Shown piece by piece: positions 46,464 to 56,525 of a DNA stretch of 64,000 nt. The notes under the pieces are model-generated. The model was not told the DNA's origin. It did not search any database and saw only the letters and a program-made list of their open reading frames with translations. This DNA comes from Fibrobacteria bacterium. GTDB taxonomy: Bacteria; Fibrobacterota; Fibrobacteria; UBA11236. The stretch lies in NCBI GenBank assembly GCA_043745805.1, contig JAYTSD010000037.1:43033-107032 (forward strand), read 5' to 3'. Within the stretch, counting starts at the first letter, position 1. Each line of letters opens with the position of its first letter. The position numbers and the translations under genes are program-made.

Positions 46464-47432
46464 ATGATTCGTGGATTTATTTTAAAGGATGACAAAACTT
46501 CTTTTCCGATCACCGGGTTGGCAGCCTTTGATGCTTTATCACAAGCCGAGACTCAATTTTTATGGGTTGATATTTTTGGAGACTTACCTGCAGAAGCGGA
46601 AGCGCTTTTTTCTGATAATTTGGGTTGGCATCCCATTGTAATTAAAAATCTTCGAGAAAATAGTTCTCGACCAAAGCTCATTAATTTTGATAGTTATAGC
46701 CAAATCACTCTACATGCTTTGAATCTATTGGCGATTCATCAAAAAGATGAAAGTACCATTGAAATAGATATCGTGATTTCCAAAAACCTTTTGCTTACTT
46801 ATCATAAATTTCCGGTACTAGGCATTGATGAAACCCTCAGTCAATTTGAAAGTCGCAAGCAAGAATGGGGTGGCGCGGATGCTTTATTCTATCAAATCAT
46901 TTCCAGCTTGATTGAAAAGTATGTGCCTGAGGTGGCTGATAAAGAGGGCTTGGTGGCGGCTTTACAACAAGAAGCTTTATTTGATCCTAAAAACGAATTA
47001 TTGGAACGCATTGTTTTGATGCGCGATGAATTAATTGAATTAGGGCGCGCTTTAGTTCCTCAGCAATTGATAGTGGCGCAAATGGCTTCGGGTAGTTGTA
47101 GTTATATCGGACCTTTTATTCGCCCTTATTTTCGCGATGCCGAAAATCAATTTCGTAGCCTGATCGATGATGTGCAAAGCTTTAAAGAAGTGATGACAAA
47201 TTCTTTAGAGCTTTATCGTTCGGCGATGTCATCCAAAACTAATGATGTGATGAAAATTTTCACGGCGATTTCCACTCTATTATTACCGCTTACTTTTATT
47301 ACCGGCTTATATGGTATGAATGTGCATATTCCGCTAGCCGATCATCCACATATGTTTAACACCATTTTGATTATTTGCGCTGGGATATTTATTGGAATGC
47401 TGTATTATTTCCGCTCGCGGAAATGGTTTTAA
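46464..47432 (+). CDS. corA: CorA family Mg2+/Co2+ transporter
   Basis: 'NDVMK', 'PLTFITGLYGMN', two C-terminal TM helices; start taken at MIRGF. Confidence 0.9.
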   Translation: MIRGFILKDDKTSFPITGLAAFDALSQAETQFLWVDIFGDLPAEAEALFSDNLGWHPIVIKNLRENSSRPKLINFDSYSQITLHALNLLAIHQKDESTIEIDIVISKNLLLTYHKFPVLGIDETLSQFESRKQEWGGADALFYQIISSLIEKYVPEVADKEGLVAALQQEALFDPKNELLERIVLMRDELIELGRALVPQQLIVAQMASGSCSYIGPFIRPYFRDAENQFRSLIDDVQSFKEVMTNSLELYRSAMSSKTNDVMKIFTAISTLLLPLTFITGLYGMNVHIPLADHPHMFNTILIICAGIFIGMLYYFRSRKWF

Positions 47433-47456
47433 AATACGCTTAATTTTTACGCCAAA

Positions 47457-48683
47457 TTAAGCGTAAAATAAACGACCTTGCTCCAAGCAAAGGCATAACT
47501 CGCGATATACTTCCAGCCAGCTTTTACCTTTGTGCATGGATTTACGAATACGTTCGGCTAAATTGCCTCGTTCCAAAATGTGCGCTAAAACGGGGTGGAA
47601 AACATAACTTTCGAGGGAAGCCTCGCGTGGAAGCACTCTTCCTAATACCGCAAAAAGAAATTGTCCAATGGTGTATTCTTTGGGCTCTAAGCCAAAAATG
47701 GCGGTGGGATATTGTCTAGGCAATTTAGCGAATAAACCTTTTTCGGCCGATTCTAAAAATAAAGCTTTGAGTAACCCAGGTGCTACGGATTGATGTATCG
47801 CATGTAGATTAGGGTTTTGGACAATTAAAAATTTAAGCATAGACACGGCAGCATGACAAATAGCCAAATCGGCCACGGGCGCTTCTTGATTATCCATACA
47901 ACGAATTTCAATAGCATTTCTATCGAAGCGTGCAATGGCCGCGCGTGAATTGAGCCATTCATCTTGCAATAATTCTTCGGGATCAAAGGGAGCTATTTCT
48001 TTATACATGGGTGCCAAAATAAGATCGCGATACTCTTGTTCGCTGGCAATAGGCTCAGGAATTATGCCTCCAATAATGGAAGGGAGTCGGCGTTGATTGC
48101 CTACATAATGAAAGAGGCGCGTGTCCAACCAAGCGTGGGGCTGACCTTCGAGTAGTGGTGTGCTTGCCGCGAGCGCTGGTAATAAAGGCAATATTAAACT
48201 AATAGCATTATGTAATTGGGAAAATTCTTGATCATTTGCAAACGGCAAATTGAGATGCACGCTTTGCAAATTAAACCAACCATGCCCGCGACAACCAAAG
48301 ACTCGATCATAAGTGGCATAAATTTCTTTATCCTCATGCGGCCAAAGAAAAGATTCTTTTTCGGGTTGCATAGCCGGATGCATTCCGGTAGGCATGAGCT
48401 GGGCTTGCAAGGGCTGAAGATTATTATTGACGAGGGATACAAAGTTCTGAAAATCTTGTGCTTGATCAATTAAGCTGGTGCAAGGCTTGGCGCATTTGAT
48501 TTCTACAACGTGAGCGGCTAGCTCATTGTCGGCTTCAGTATTGCCTTGCAGCGGATGGCCGTTAGGATCACCACATAAAGTGGTTAATAATTTGTCGACA
48601 ATGGGGGTAACGGCTAAGTCACTTTGGCGCACCACGGCATATTCAATTTCGACACCGAAAACTTCGAATAAGGAATAGGCCAA
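47457..48683 (-). CDS. Glutamate-cysteine ligase family 2 (GCS2/YbdK-like carboxylate-amine ligase)
   Basis: 'FGVEIEY', 'NELAAHVVEIK', 'GMHP', 'NLQSVHLNLPF', 'NSRAAIARFDRNAIEIR'; TTG start. Confidence 0.85.
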   Translation of the reverse strand: MAYSLFEVFGVEIEYAVVRQSDLAVTPIVDKLLTTLCGDPNGHPLQGNTEADNELAAHVVEIKCAKPCTSLIDQAQDFQNFVSLVNNNLQPLQAQLMPTGMHPAMQPEKESFLWPHEDKEIYATYDRVFGCRGHGWFNLQSVHLNLPFANDQEFSQLHNAISLILPLLPALAASTPLLEGQPHAWLDTRLFHYVGNQRRLPSIIGGIIPEPIASEQEYRDLILAPMYKEIAPFDPEELLQDEWLNSRAAIARFDRNAIEIRCMDNQEAPVADLAICHAAVSMLKFLIVQNPNLHAIHQSVAPGLLKALFLESAEKGLFAKLPRQYPTAIFGLEPKEYTIGQFLFAVLGRVLPREASLESYVFHPVLAHILERGNLAERIRKSMHKGKSWLEVYRELCLCLEQGRLFYA

Positions 48684-48835
48684 TCAGTACTCCAGCAAAA
48701 GATCAAAAGTTATAATTTTTACGGTGCACTTTCTGCTTTTATCACCAAAAATAATGAAGATAATTTGAGGTCAAAAAGTTACGCACGTTTTAAAATCACA
48801 CTAATTTAATGTATTACTATAATTGGCAATAGTGT

Positions 48836-50353
48836 TTATTTGCAGACCTGTAAATTCATCATGCGCACTGCTTCTACAGGCACAACGGTATCTTTGCGGA
48901 TTTTTAGCTTGTCAATGCGACTGACAAATTCTTCCATAATGGTCGCGTATAATTTATCTTTAAGTACTTCATCTTCCACGCCACTATCAATATTGGGATT
49001 GTCATTTACTTCTACTACATATGGCTTATTATTCAAAATTTTAATATCCACACCATATAGCCCCTCGCCAATTAATTTTGAGGCTTTTAAAGCCGTGGAA
49101 ATAATTAAGGGATCCACTTCTTCTACGGGAAAGGTTTCATGCGCGCCGGTTCCGGTTTTACCGTCATTTTTGTGATTATAAATTTGCCAATGATTGCGTG
49201 ACATAAAATATTTGCAGGCAAATAAAGGACGTGAGTTAAAAATTCCAATACGCCAATCAAATTCAGTGGGCATGAATTCTTGGGCAATAATATAATCCGA
49301 GCGTTTGAAATATTCCTTGCAAACACTATGGAGTTCGCCCTCATCGGAAACCTTAACCACTCCGCGAGAAAAAGACCCGTCGGGGATTTTGATGATAATA
49401 GGAAAAGACAATTGTTGCATGATATTCGCCACATTATCTTCGCTTAAGATAATGGTTTTAGGTTGCGGAACACCCTCGCGTTTAAACAACTCATTCATAA
49501 AAATTTTATTGGTGCAATACAGTATGCTTTTGGGATCGTCTATTACCACCATATTTTCTTTGGCGGCTTTTTTAGCAAAGCGATAGGTATGATGATCGAT
49601 GGCCGTGGTTTCGCGAATAAATAAACCATCGAACTGAGTTAAATGGCCAAAATCTTTTTTCTCAATCACTTCCACCGATAAGCCTACATTTTTTCCGGCC
49701 TTGATGAATTTTTGAATAGAGGATTCGCTGGAAGGTGAAAATTTTTCGGAAGGATTAAATAGAATGGCTAAGTCATAGCGTAAGGATTCATTGAGTTTAC
49801 GTATACCCCAACGATGACCGCTGAACTCCACCAAGGCTTCTTGAAAAACATCAATATGCGATTCAGGAATTTTGTCGAGAGAGATACTTTTAATGGAACT
49901 TAAAATCCATTGTTTTTCTTTTACAAAATAAACTTTGAAAAAAGGACAAGGGAATAAATTAAAAAACATACGCGACATTTTTTCGTATTTCTTGGAAACA
50001 TTTTTTCCAAAATAAACACTGAGTTCAAATTTATTGTCGGTAATGTTCGCTAAGTCTTTTTGGATTTCAGCATTTAAATCATCGGTTTCGATGAGATAAA
50101 ATTCCTTTTTACTTAAGGCCTGCATAGTGGAAATATTAGGAATCACTTTATGTCCGCGCGCTTCAGCGACCAAGGACACATAATACCCCGAGCCTAAATA
50201 GCCATAGTTGCGCGCCATATTGATTATTTTTAATTGACGCAAATCTTGATAATCTTTGCCGAATAAATAATCCTGCACGCTGACAAATTCTAATTGGGGA
50301 AGCTTCTTTTTCCACAGCTTCACATTTTCCACAACACAAATATTACGGATCAT
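48836..50353 (-). CDS. RimK-family ATP-grasp ligase with RimK-like N-terminal (RLAN) domain
   Basis: 'GYYVSLVAEARGH', 'FIRETT', 'KIPDGSFSRGV', 'QEFMPTEFDWRIG', 'YGVDIK', 'EVNDNP'. Confidence 0.9.
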   Translation of the reverse strand: MIRNICVVENVKLWKKKLPQLEFVSVQDYLFGKDYQDLRQLKIINMARNYGYLGSGYYVSLVAEARGHKVIPNISTMQALSKKEFYLIETDDLNAEIQKDLANITDNKFELSVYFGKNVSKKYEKMSRMFFNLFPCPFFKVYFVKEKQWILSSIKSISLDKIPESHIDVFQEALVEFSGHRWGIRKLNESLRYDLAILFNPSEKFSPSSESSIQKFIKAGKNVGLSVEVIEKKDFGHLTQFDGLFIRETTAIDHHTYRFAKKAAKENMVVIDDPKSILYCTNKIFMNELFKREGVPQPKTIILSEDNVANIMQQLSFPIIIKIPDGSFSRGVVKVSDEGELHSVCKEYFKRSDYIIAQEFMPTEFDWRIGIFNSRPLFACKYFMSRNHWQIYNHKNDGKTGTGAHETFPVEEVDPLIISTALKASKLIGEGLYGVDIKILNNKPYVVEVNDNPNIDSGVEDEVLKDKLYATIMEEFVSRIDKLKIRKDTVVPVEAVRMMNLQVCK

Positions 50354-51054
50354 TTGTGATTCGTTTCTGGGGATATTACCAAAAGATTTTCATCATAAGT
50401 TAAAACACCTAGCATGACGGCATTGGTAAATTTTGTAAAGGGTAACATATATGTTCCGGTCTCTGAAAAAGGATTTTTGCGCATAGGATCGTGAATGGCC
50501 ACTAAGCGTTTGGCTCTATCCCAAGCCGAGACCACTGCGAAATGGCCCACAGGTCCGCCGATAATATCATTCTCTTCATTATCGGGAGTTTCTCGCATGC
50601 TTTGATAGAGATAGGTTGCACTAAGTCCCACGATGATAGGTTTTTTTTTGGAAAAGAGTTTGTCGAATAAATCTTCATCTAAATCGTCAAACTTAAGAAT
50701 ACCGCCTTTTCGTAGAAAATCAAGATAAAAGCCAATTACTTTTTTTTGCTTTTTGCTGCGTGTGCGCTTGCGACTGAGGTTGAGTTTGTTTTGTAATTCT
50801 TTGGAATTCAACTTTTTCCAAGTGGGATCAAAAAGCTTAATATTATACGGATAAATTTCCGCATTAAATCCAGAGTTTAAAGCATGCCTTCCCAAATTTA
50901 CACTTACCGTACCACCTGTTTGCCAATGTTCCACTTCGGATTTTAAAGTCTCTAAGGGGATTTCATTTCCATAGTAACGGTAAATAGCTTGTAGGCAAGT
51001 AATGCCACAGCTTTCATCATCAGGTTGTTTGGAGACGGTAACGTTTAGTTGCAT
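50350..51054 (-). CDS. C39-like (papain-fold) peptidase
   Basis: 'QPDDESCGITCL' (Q...C), 'GHF', 'DP' catalytic-type residues; overlaps the ATP-grasp start (ATGA). Confidence 0.82.
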   Translation of the reverse strand: MQLNVTVSKQPDDESCGITCLQAIYRYYGNEIPLETLKSEVEHWQTGGTVSVNLGRHALNSGFNAEIYPYNIKLFDPTWKKLNSKELQNKLNLSRKRTRSKKQKKVIGFYLDFLRKGGILKFDDLDEDLFDKLFSKKKPIIVGLSATYLYQSMRETPDNEENDIIGGPVGHFAVVSAWDRAKRLVAIHDPMRKNPFSETGTYMLPFTKFTNAVMLGVLTYDENLLVISPETNHK

Positions 51055-51114
51055 GGAAGAAGTATTAAATTTGGATTAAAGTTTGCAATGTGTGAATGAA
51101 AAATACAAATGTGC

Positions 51115-52584
51115 TTAAATTTTAAGCGTGGTAGACATGAAAATTCCGACTTTAAAGGCATAAAAACTATGACGAGGATATTGTGCAGCATCCGTTTCAT
51201 TTGCAAGTATTTGAGGTTTTCCAAATTTATCATAGATCCAATTTAAATGATTAATATTAGCTTGTCCCCAAGCTGCATTGACACCAAAACGTGATTCTGT
51301 GTATTGTTTGTCAATTCCTAAAGCACATGTTGCCCCTAGGTAATGAATGCTACGATTCCAACCTTTGGGATTACTATCATAATGACCTTGTCCCTGACTA
51401 ATATCGGTGTAGCCCCCTACAGTAAGCGAATAGACTTTGTTTAACCGTAGGTCTAATCCACCCGAAAGATTTAAGACCGGGCTTTTTATAATGGAATAGG
51501 AATTTTTTTGAGGGATAAAAGCCTCAAATCCAGAACGTGCTGAACTATCATCAATCGGAGAATAGGTGGGATAATCATAATCTATCCCAAACAAATAATC
51601 AGCCTGACCCGTCATCATTAAAATAGGAAATATCTGCCACGAAAATCCTAGTGAAATACTTGGAGGATGCCATTCAGTATATTTTGAGGTCTTACTGAGA
51701 CTATAGGACCATATAGCTTCGGTTTTAGCTCTAATCGAATCCCCTTCTTGCACCAGTTTATCGTTTTGAAATTTATTTGAATGTTGCTCAATTTGCTGCT
51801 CTATCCAAACCAAACCACCAGGTGTTCCCCTAATTCCAATGGAAAAAAGTGGATGTAGACGAATCAAGACTCCAACTATTCCATCAAAGCCCAATCCATT
51901 CTGACTTATTGTAGCCGAAGCTGTTTCCTCATAAAACTTAGCGATATCCGCATTATTTTCGGAAAGGTAATTCCCCGTCCATTTTTCAAAACCGGTTTTT
52001 TTTATTTGTGTACTATATACGCCAAGAGTAGTAATCCCAATAGAAATATTATCACCTAGTTTAAATGCCAGGCTTGGGCCAAATAAATTGCTTTTGTTTA
52101 CTTCATAATAATTAAGGTTGATATGTTGAAAAAGCGGTATTGATGTCGCACTATCGATGAAGGGAGCGTCAATGTTTTGCTCTCCACGAAATAAATCATT
52201 TTGCGGTGTCACAATACTAAAGCCATAAGCCCAATTACCCATGCGCTGCGAAAAGCAAGTAATAGAAGGACTAAAATCTAAAGAGTTATAGGGAAGTAGT
52301 GTATTCGGAGCGATTTGAATTTCTTGTTTTTGATATTGAATAATTTGCGCGGAAACATCGAGCTTTACATTTTGTATTTGTGTAAGTCCAGCCGGATTAT
52401 AATAAGTGGCGGTGGCATCATCTGCCAAACCCGTAAAAGCACCACCAAGGGCAGCGCCTTTATTGCCTATTAATATGGTTTTTTGATTGAAATTATCGGC
52501 CTTAGCTAAAATGACCAAACTCAGTATTATACAGGGTATGGTTGTGAGAGTTGTAATTTTTTGATTCACCACTCTATTTTTCAA
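51115..52584 (-). CDS. OmpP1/FadL-like outer-membrane beta-barrel protein
   Basis: 'G.KGAALGGAFTGLADDATATYYNPAGL'; beta-strand C-terminus; start uncertain. Confidence 0.8.
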   Translation of the reverse strand: MKNRVVNQKITTLTTIPCIILSLVILAKADNFNQKTILIGNKGAALGGAFTGLADDATATYYNPAGLTQIQNVKLDVSAQIIQYQKQEIQIAPNTLLPYNSLDFSPSITCFSQRMGNWAYGFSIVTPQNDLFRGEQNIDAPFIDSATSIPLFQHINLNYYEVNKSNLFGPSLAFKLGDNISIGITTLGVYSTQIKKTGFEKWTGNYLSENNADIAKFYEETASATISQNGLGFDGIVGVLIRLHPLFSIGIRGTPGGLVWIEQQIEQHSNKFQNDKLVQEGDSIRAKTEAIWSYSLSKTSKYTEWHPPSISLGFSWQIFPILMMTGQADYLFGIDYDYPTYSPIDDSSARSGFEAFIPQKNSYSIIKSPVLNLSGGLDLRLNKVYSLTVGGYTDISQGQGHYDSNPKGWNRSIHYLGATCALGIDKQYTESRFGVNAAWGQANINHLNWIYDKFGKPQILANETDAAQYPRHSFYAFKVGIFMSTTLKI

Positions 52585-52659
52585 TTTTGTACTTTGGTTT
52601 GCAAACTATTTCTATTTTATAAATTCAGCTTTCACCTTCAATTTTCATTTAGGATAAAT

Positions 52660-52992
52660 ATGCGATACTTACTTCTCTTAGGTTTTTCTTTAGCTCTTTT
52701 GGCTTGCAGCACCGAATCTAAAAAGGAAACTATTTTTTATACTGGCCCCGCTATAACTCTGCTGGTAAATGATACCTCCGCCGTTTTGACATTTTCTAAA
52801 ACCTCATTTGACGCGAATGGTCGAGAAAGTTCTCATGCCACCACTAGCTTTGTTTTAAAGAGTATGGACTCCAGTATTGTGGATATTGCGGGACAAAAAG
52901 TGGTATTAAAAAAATCCGAAGGAACCCAAATTTGGGCGGAAGCCGGAAAACTTATCTCCGAAAAAGTTTGGGTTAAAGCTAAAGCCTTATAA
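52660..52992 (+). CDS. Hypothetical lipoprotein (Ig-like)
   Basis: AGGA RBS; MRYLLLLGFSLALLAC lipobox. Confidence 0.7.
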   Translation: MRYLLLLGFSLALLACSTESKKETIFYTGPAITLLVNDTSAVLTFSKTSFDANGRESSHATTSFVLKSMDSSIVDIAGQKVVLKKSEGTQIWAEAGKLISEKVWVKAKAL

Positions 52993-53012
52993 AAAAGTTG
53001 AAGCTTTAGGCA

Positions 53013-53086
53013 TGCACCCCGAGGGATTCGAACCCCCAACCCTTGGCTTCGAAGGCCAGTACTCTATCCAGTTGAGCTAGGGGTGC
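53013..53086 (-). tRNA. tRNA-Arg(TCG)
   Basis: GCACCCCTAGCTCAACTGGATAGAGTA CTGGC-CTTCGAA-GCCAA GGGTTGGGGGTTCGAATCCCTCGGGGTGCA cloverleaf; CCA not encoded. Confidence 0.93.
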
Positions 53087-53092
53087 AATTTA

Positions 53093-53656
53093 CTATAGGC
53101 GACTTAAATCTAATGCAGCCTTTGCTTTTATCACTACACTGAAACGCTGACGGGCATTTGGGGTATGTGCCAATTCATACTGACTTGCTCCAAACAGTTC
53201 ATCAAAAACTTCAGTGAGATCCTTTTTCACAGCCGCAAAGGTATCAGCCGTATTAGGCGCCAAAGAACGGCTATTGATAATGAATTCCAACTCAGTCTTG
53301 TTAAAGCGCGGTGCCTTAACAAAAACCTTATTGCCTTCGAGACGGATAGATGCTTGCGCAAACTCTTTTAAAGAATGGCGAAGTTTTTCAGCATTAGAAC
53401 CTTCTAGTGGAATTTTCCGATTATAGAGAAACCCTAAGCGACCGGCCGTGGTGTCCAAAGCATAATGAACAAAATGACCCGCTAATAAAATAACGGCCCC
53501 ATCTTTTACATGTTTATAATCAGAAACATCCACAAACACTTCGGGACTTTCGGGAATCCAACTATTAAATACCCTAAAAAACTCATCAGGTTTAATTTCA
53601 TTGGCATTTTCAAAAAACATTTTCCAATTAATAAAATCGATTTGCACCGTACTCAC
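53093..53656 (-). CDS. Hypothetical protein coupled to nitrite/sulfite reductase
   Basis: 187-aa ORF starting 1 nt after the reductase stop; 'F..WI...VDVSDYKHV..G..L.GH'. Confidence 0.7.
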   Translation of the reverse strand: MSTVQIDFINWKMFFENANEIKPDEFFRVFNSWIPESPEVFVDVSDYKHVKDGAVILLAGHFVHYALDTTAGRLGFLYNRKIPLEGSNAEKLRHSLKEFAQASIRLEGNKVFVKAPRFNKTELEFIINSRSLAPNTADTFAAVKKDLTEVFDELFGASQYELAHTPNARQRFSVVIKAKAALDLSRL

Positions 53657-53657
53657 T

Positions 53658-55958
53658 TTAAACCTTCTTCCCTAATGTTAGTACATCATTTTTTGGTGCT
53701 AAGCTAAGGCGTGCGTAACAGCTATGTGAAGCCTCAATAAACAATTGTGCTTCTTGTAAAAAAGCATTGGCTTGATCCTTATTACGCGAATCCATACGTT
53801 TTTCATGGGCTTGGAAATAATACAATGCGAATTTTGGTCCTGCATAAGGATCATTAAATACTTGTGTATCATAGAAATACTGACGAAACTCCTTCATAAC
53901 TTGATCCGGATCATCGCTAATATCAATGTTGTGAATTTTGATTAATCCTTGCGCCGCAAACACCATGGCCTGATAGGCACGTTTCGCTGCGACATCAAAT
54001 TTTCCGGCATCAAATTGTACTTGCGCTTCAAACACTTCGCGGTCAGCTGCTTTCAATCCAAATTCCGTAAGGGTAACTAATTCACCAGCGCATTCGCCAA
54101 TGCCTTTATCCTTCACCGAATATTCGCGTATATCGCCCCAATCCACATAAAAGGATTTGTCCTTTTCATATGAAGGAACCGTAATGAGATCGGCAATTCC
54201 CAACATGATGGATGATTTACCCACGCGTTCTACCCAGGCGCGAAAACGTTCACCTGGTTTTTTAGCCTCTAAAAACATTTCGGTAATTTTATCAACGGCA
54301 TTAGGAATAGCCTTGGAAGGCAATCCACCAACAGCTAAGCCATACGGCGATCCATTATTGCCGAACTCACCACCGAGTACCATTTGAAAATGCGGGACCA
54401 CATAACCGCCTACATTACGACTAATACCATAAAAGCCGATATCAGCAATATGCTGTTGGCCGCAAGAATTAAAGCAACCGCTTACTTTGATACGTAAGTC
54501 TTGTACCGCTTCATCCATTTCCGAAAATCTTTCGGCTAAACGGGTGCGTAACTCGCCGGCTAACCCACGCGAAGAGGATATGCCTAATTTGCAAGTGTCC
54601 GTACCTGGGCAAGCGGTAATGTCCAAAATGGATTCGGCACCCGGTTCACCAAGACCAACGGCTTTAAGTGCTTGATAAACTTCATAGACATCGCATTCTC
54701 TCACCCAACGCAATACCAAATTTTGTTCCACCGTGGTGCGCACGGTGTCCTTAACATATTTGCGAGCGATATCTGCTACCGCACGCATTTGATTGGGAGA
54801 TAGGTCACCCAATGGGCAACATACCGTAACCACCACGTAACCTGGCTGACGTTGATGATAAATATTGGTTTTGACCCAAAGTTTAAAGGGCGCATCAGCT
54901 ACTTCGGGAATATTTCCGCCCGCAGGTTTTAATGGCGCTTCATCGAGTTTATTTAAGCTCGACAAATATTCGGTCCAACGTGGATCCACAGGTAACTTGG
55001 CGCGTTCTTTTAAAACCTCTTCGCGGAAAGCGTCGAGACCCATATCCGCTACTAAAAACTTAATGCGAGCGCGATGGCGTTTTTTCTTTTCGCCTAAGCG
55101 AGCAAATACGCGGCAAACCGCTTGGGTTAAGCCTAATACTTCTTCTTCGGGCACAAAGTCACTGAAGAGTTTGGCATCATAGGTAACCGCGCCGAGACCG
55201 CCACCTACATAAAATTCAAAGCCTCTTTTGACTTGGCCATTTTCTTTTTTCACAACGGCGATTAAACCTAAATCATGAATATTCGTGAGACCGCAAGGAT
55301 TGGTTTTGCAACCCGACAAAGCAATTTTGAATTTGCGTCCAAAATCCTGTACATCCGGATGGCCAAGTAAATATTCAAATACCGCTTGGGCATAAGGGGT
55401 AACATCAAAGTTCTCATCACGGCAAACACCGGAAATGGGACAGGCAGTGACATTGCGAATTGAATTACCGCAGGCTTCTTTGGTGGTAATATTTAGCGCG
55501 GCTAAACGACGAAACATGGAAGGGCAATTTTCAATATGCACATAATGCAATTGAATATCTTGCCTTGTAGTAATATGCGAGATACCGTCGGAATATTCTT
55601 CGGATAAATCGGCAAAAAGATCGATTTGATCGGCAGTCATTCCGCCCCAAGGTAATTTGATACGCTCCATACCTGGGGCATCCCAAAACGTTCCAGGCCC
55701 TTTGAAATTGTTTTCAAAGGGAATAGCGCGATTTTCTTTGCCATCATAACGATGACCATTATCATAGCGTTGGCCATAGGCGCCCATACGCAAGCGAGTT
55801 TCGGCGAATAATTTGTCGTCGACTTTCCCTTTTTTCTTTAAGACTATGTCGGTCTCAAAATTGTCTATATCTTTTTCCCAGTCGGAAGGTAATTTGCCTT
55901 TTAGGCTTTCCTTCCAAAGTCTGGAGGCTTCGGTACTTACTAGGTCGGTAGTTTTCAT
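53658..55958 (-). CDS. Ferredoxin-type nitrite/sulfite reductase (siroheme-[4Fe-4S]) with C-terminal helical (HEPN-like) extension
   Basis: 'TTRQDIQLH', 'RN', 'RKFK', 'CPGTDTC...SGCFNSCG'. Confidence 0.9.
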   Translation of the reverse strand: MKTTDLVSTEASRLWKESLKGKLPSDWEKDIDNFETDIVLKKKGKVDDKLFAETRLRMGAYGQRYDNGHRYDGKENRAIPFENNFKGPGTFWDAPGMERIKLPWGGMTADQIDLFADLSEEYSDGISHITTRQDIQLHYVHIENCPSMFRRLAALNITTKEACGNSIRNVTACPISGVCRDENFDVTPYAQAVFEYLLGHPDVQDFGRKFKIALSGCKTNPCGLTNIHDLGLIAVVKKENGQVKRGFEFYVGGGLGAVTYDAKLFSDFVPEEEVLGLTQAVCRVFARLGEKKKRHRARIKFLVADMGLDAFREEVLKERAKLPVDPRWTEYLSSLNKLDEAPLKPAGGNIPEVADAPFKLWVKTNIYHQRQPGYVVVTVCCPLGDLSPNQMRAVADIARKYVKDTVRTTVEQNLVLRWVRECDVYEVYQALKAVGLGEPGAESILDITACPGTDTCKLGISSSRGLAGELRTRLAERFSEMDEAVQDLRIKVSGCFNSCGQQHIADIGFYGISRNVGGYVVPHFQMVLGGEFGNNGSPYGLAVGGLPSKAIPNAVDKITEMFLEAKKPGERFRAWVERVGKSSIMLGIADLITVPSYEKDKSFYVDWGDIREYSVKDKGIGECAGELVTLTEFGLKAADREVFEAQVQFDAGKFDVAAKRAYQAMVFAAQGLIKIHNIDISDDPDQVMKEFRQYFYDTQVFNDPYAGPKFALYYFQAHEKRMDSRNKDQANAFLQEAQLFIEASHSCYARLSLAPKNDVLTLGKKV

Positions 55959-56201
55959 AGGTTTATAAATATAATCAATACTGATTTTTTAACTAGAATA
56001 AGCTATTCATCCTCTATATTTGCCAAATTGTTTTTTATTGTTTTAACGATCCTTTTTGCCTAATTTAAGGCATTCTATAAAAGGTCTATTTGACTCTCAA
56101 ATGCCTATAAAACAAGATATGATAAGGTTGACTTGCATGAAATATTGGGATAAAATGTATCATAGAAGCATTCACAAATTATGTGTATTAAGGATTAGTA
56201 T

Positions 56202-56525
56202 ATGGAGTATTCGAACGATATTGACGAGGGGTATAAACTCCTTAAACTACGCAAAATGTCTCGAAAATTGGCATTTAAACCCACAAAAACACGTTTAATC
56301 CGAAAATTACCACAAAGTATTTTCATAGTTCCCAAACCTGAAGCGCCGGTTATTTTAAAGGTGCGCAAAAAAGTGAATACCTATAAAAGACTCACTTATG
56401 TGGTTTTGTTGGGTGTGGTGATGGCCGCCTATCTAGTGGATACGGATGCCGATCAAATGGTGAATACCGTAAATAGTGTAAGTTCCTTAACTAAGGAATC
56501 TTTGCAGTTTTGGGGATTGAGTTAA
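56202..56525 (+). CDS. Hypothetical basic protein with one TM helix (alternative start 56256)
   Basis: ORF fills the intergenic gap; basic N-terminus then 'LTYVVLLGVVMAAYLV'. Confidence 0.5.
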   Translation: MEYSNDIDEGYKLLKLRKMSRKLAFKPTKTRLIRKLPQSIFIVPKPEAPVILKVRKKVNTYKRLTYVVLLGVVMAAYLVDTDADQMVNTVNSVSSLTKESLQFWGLS

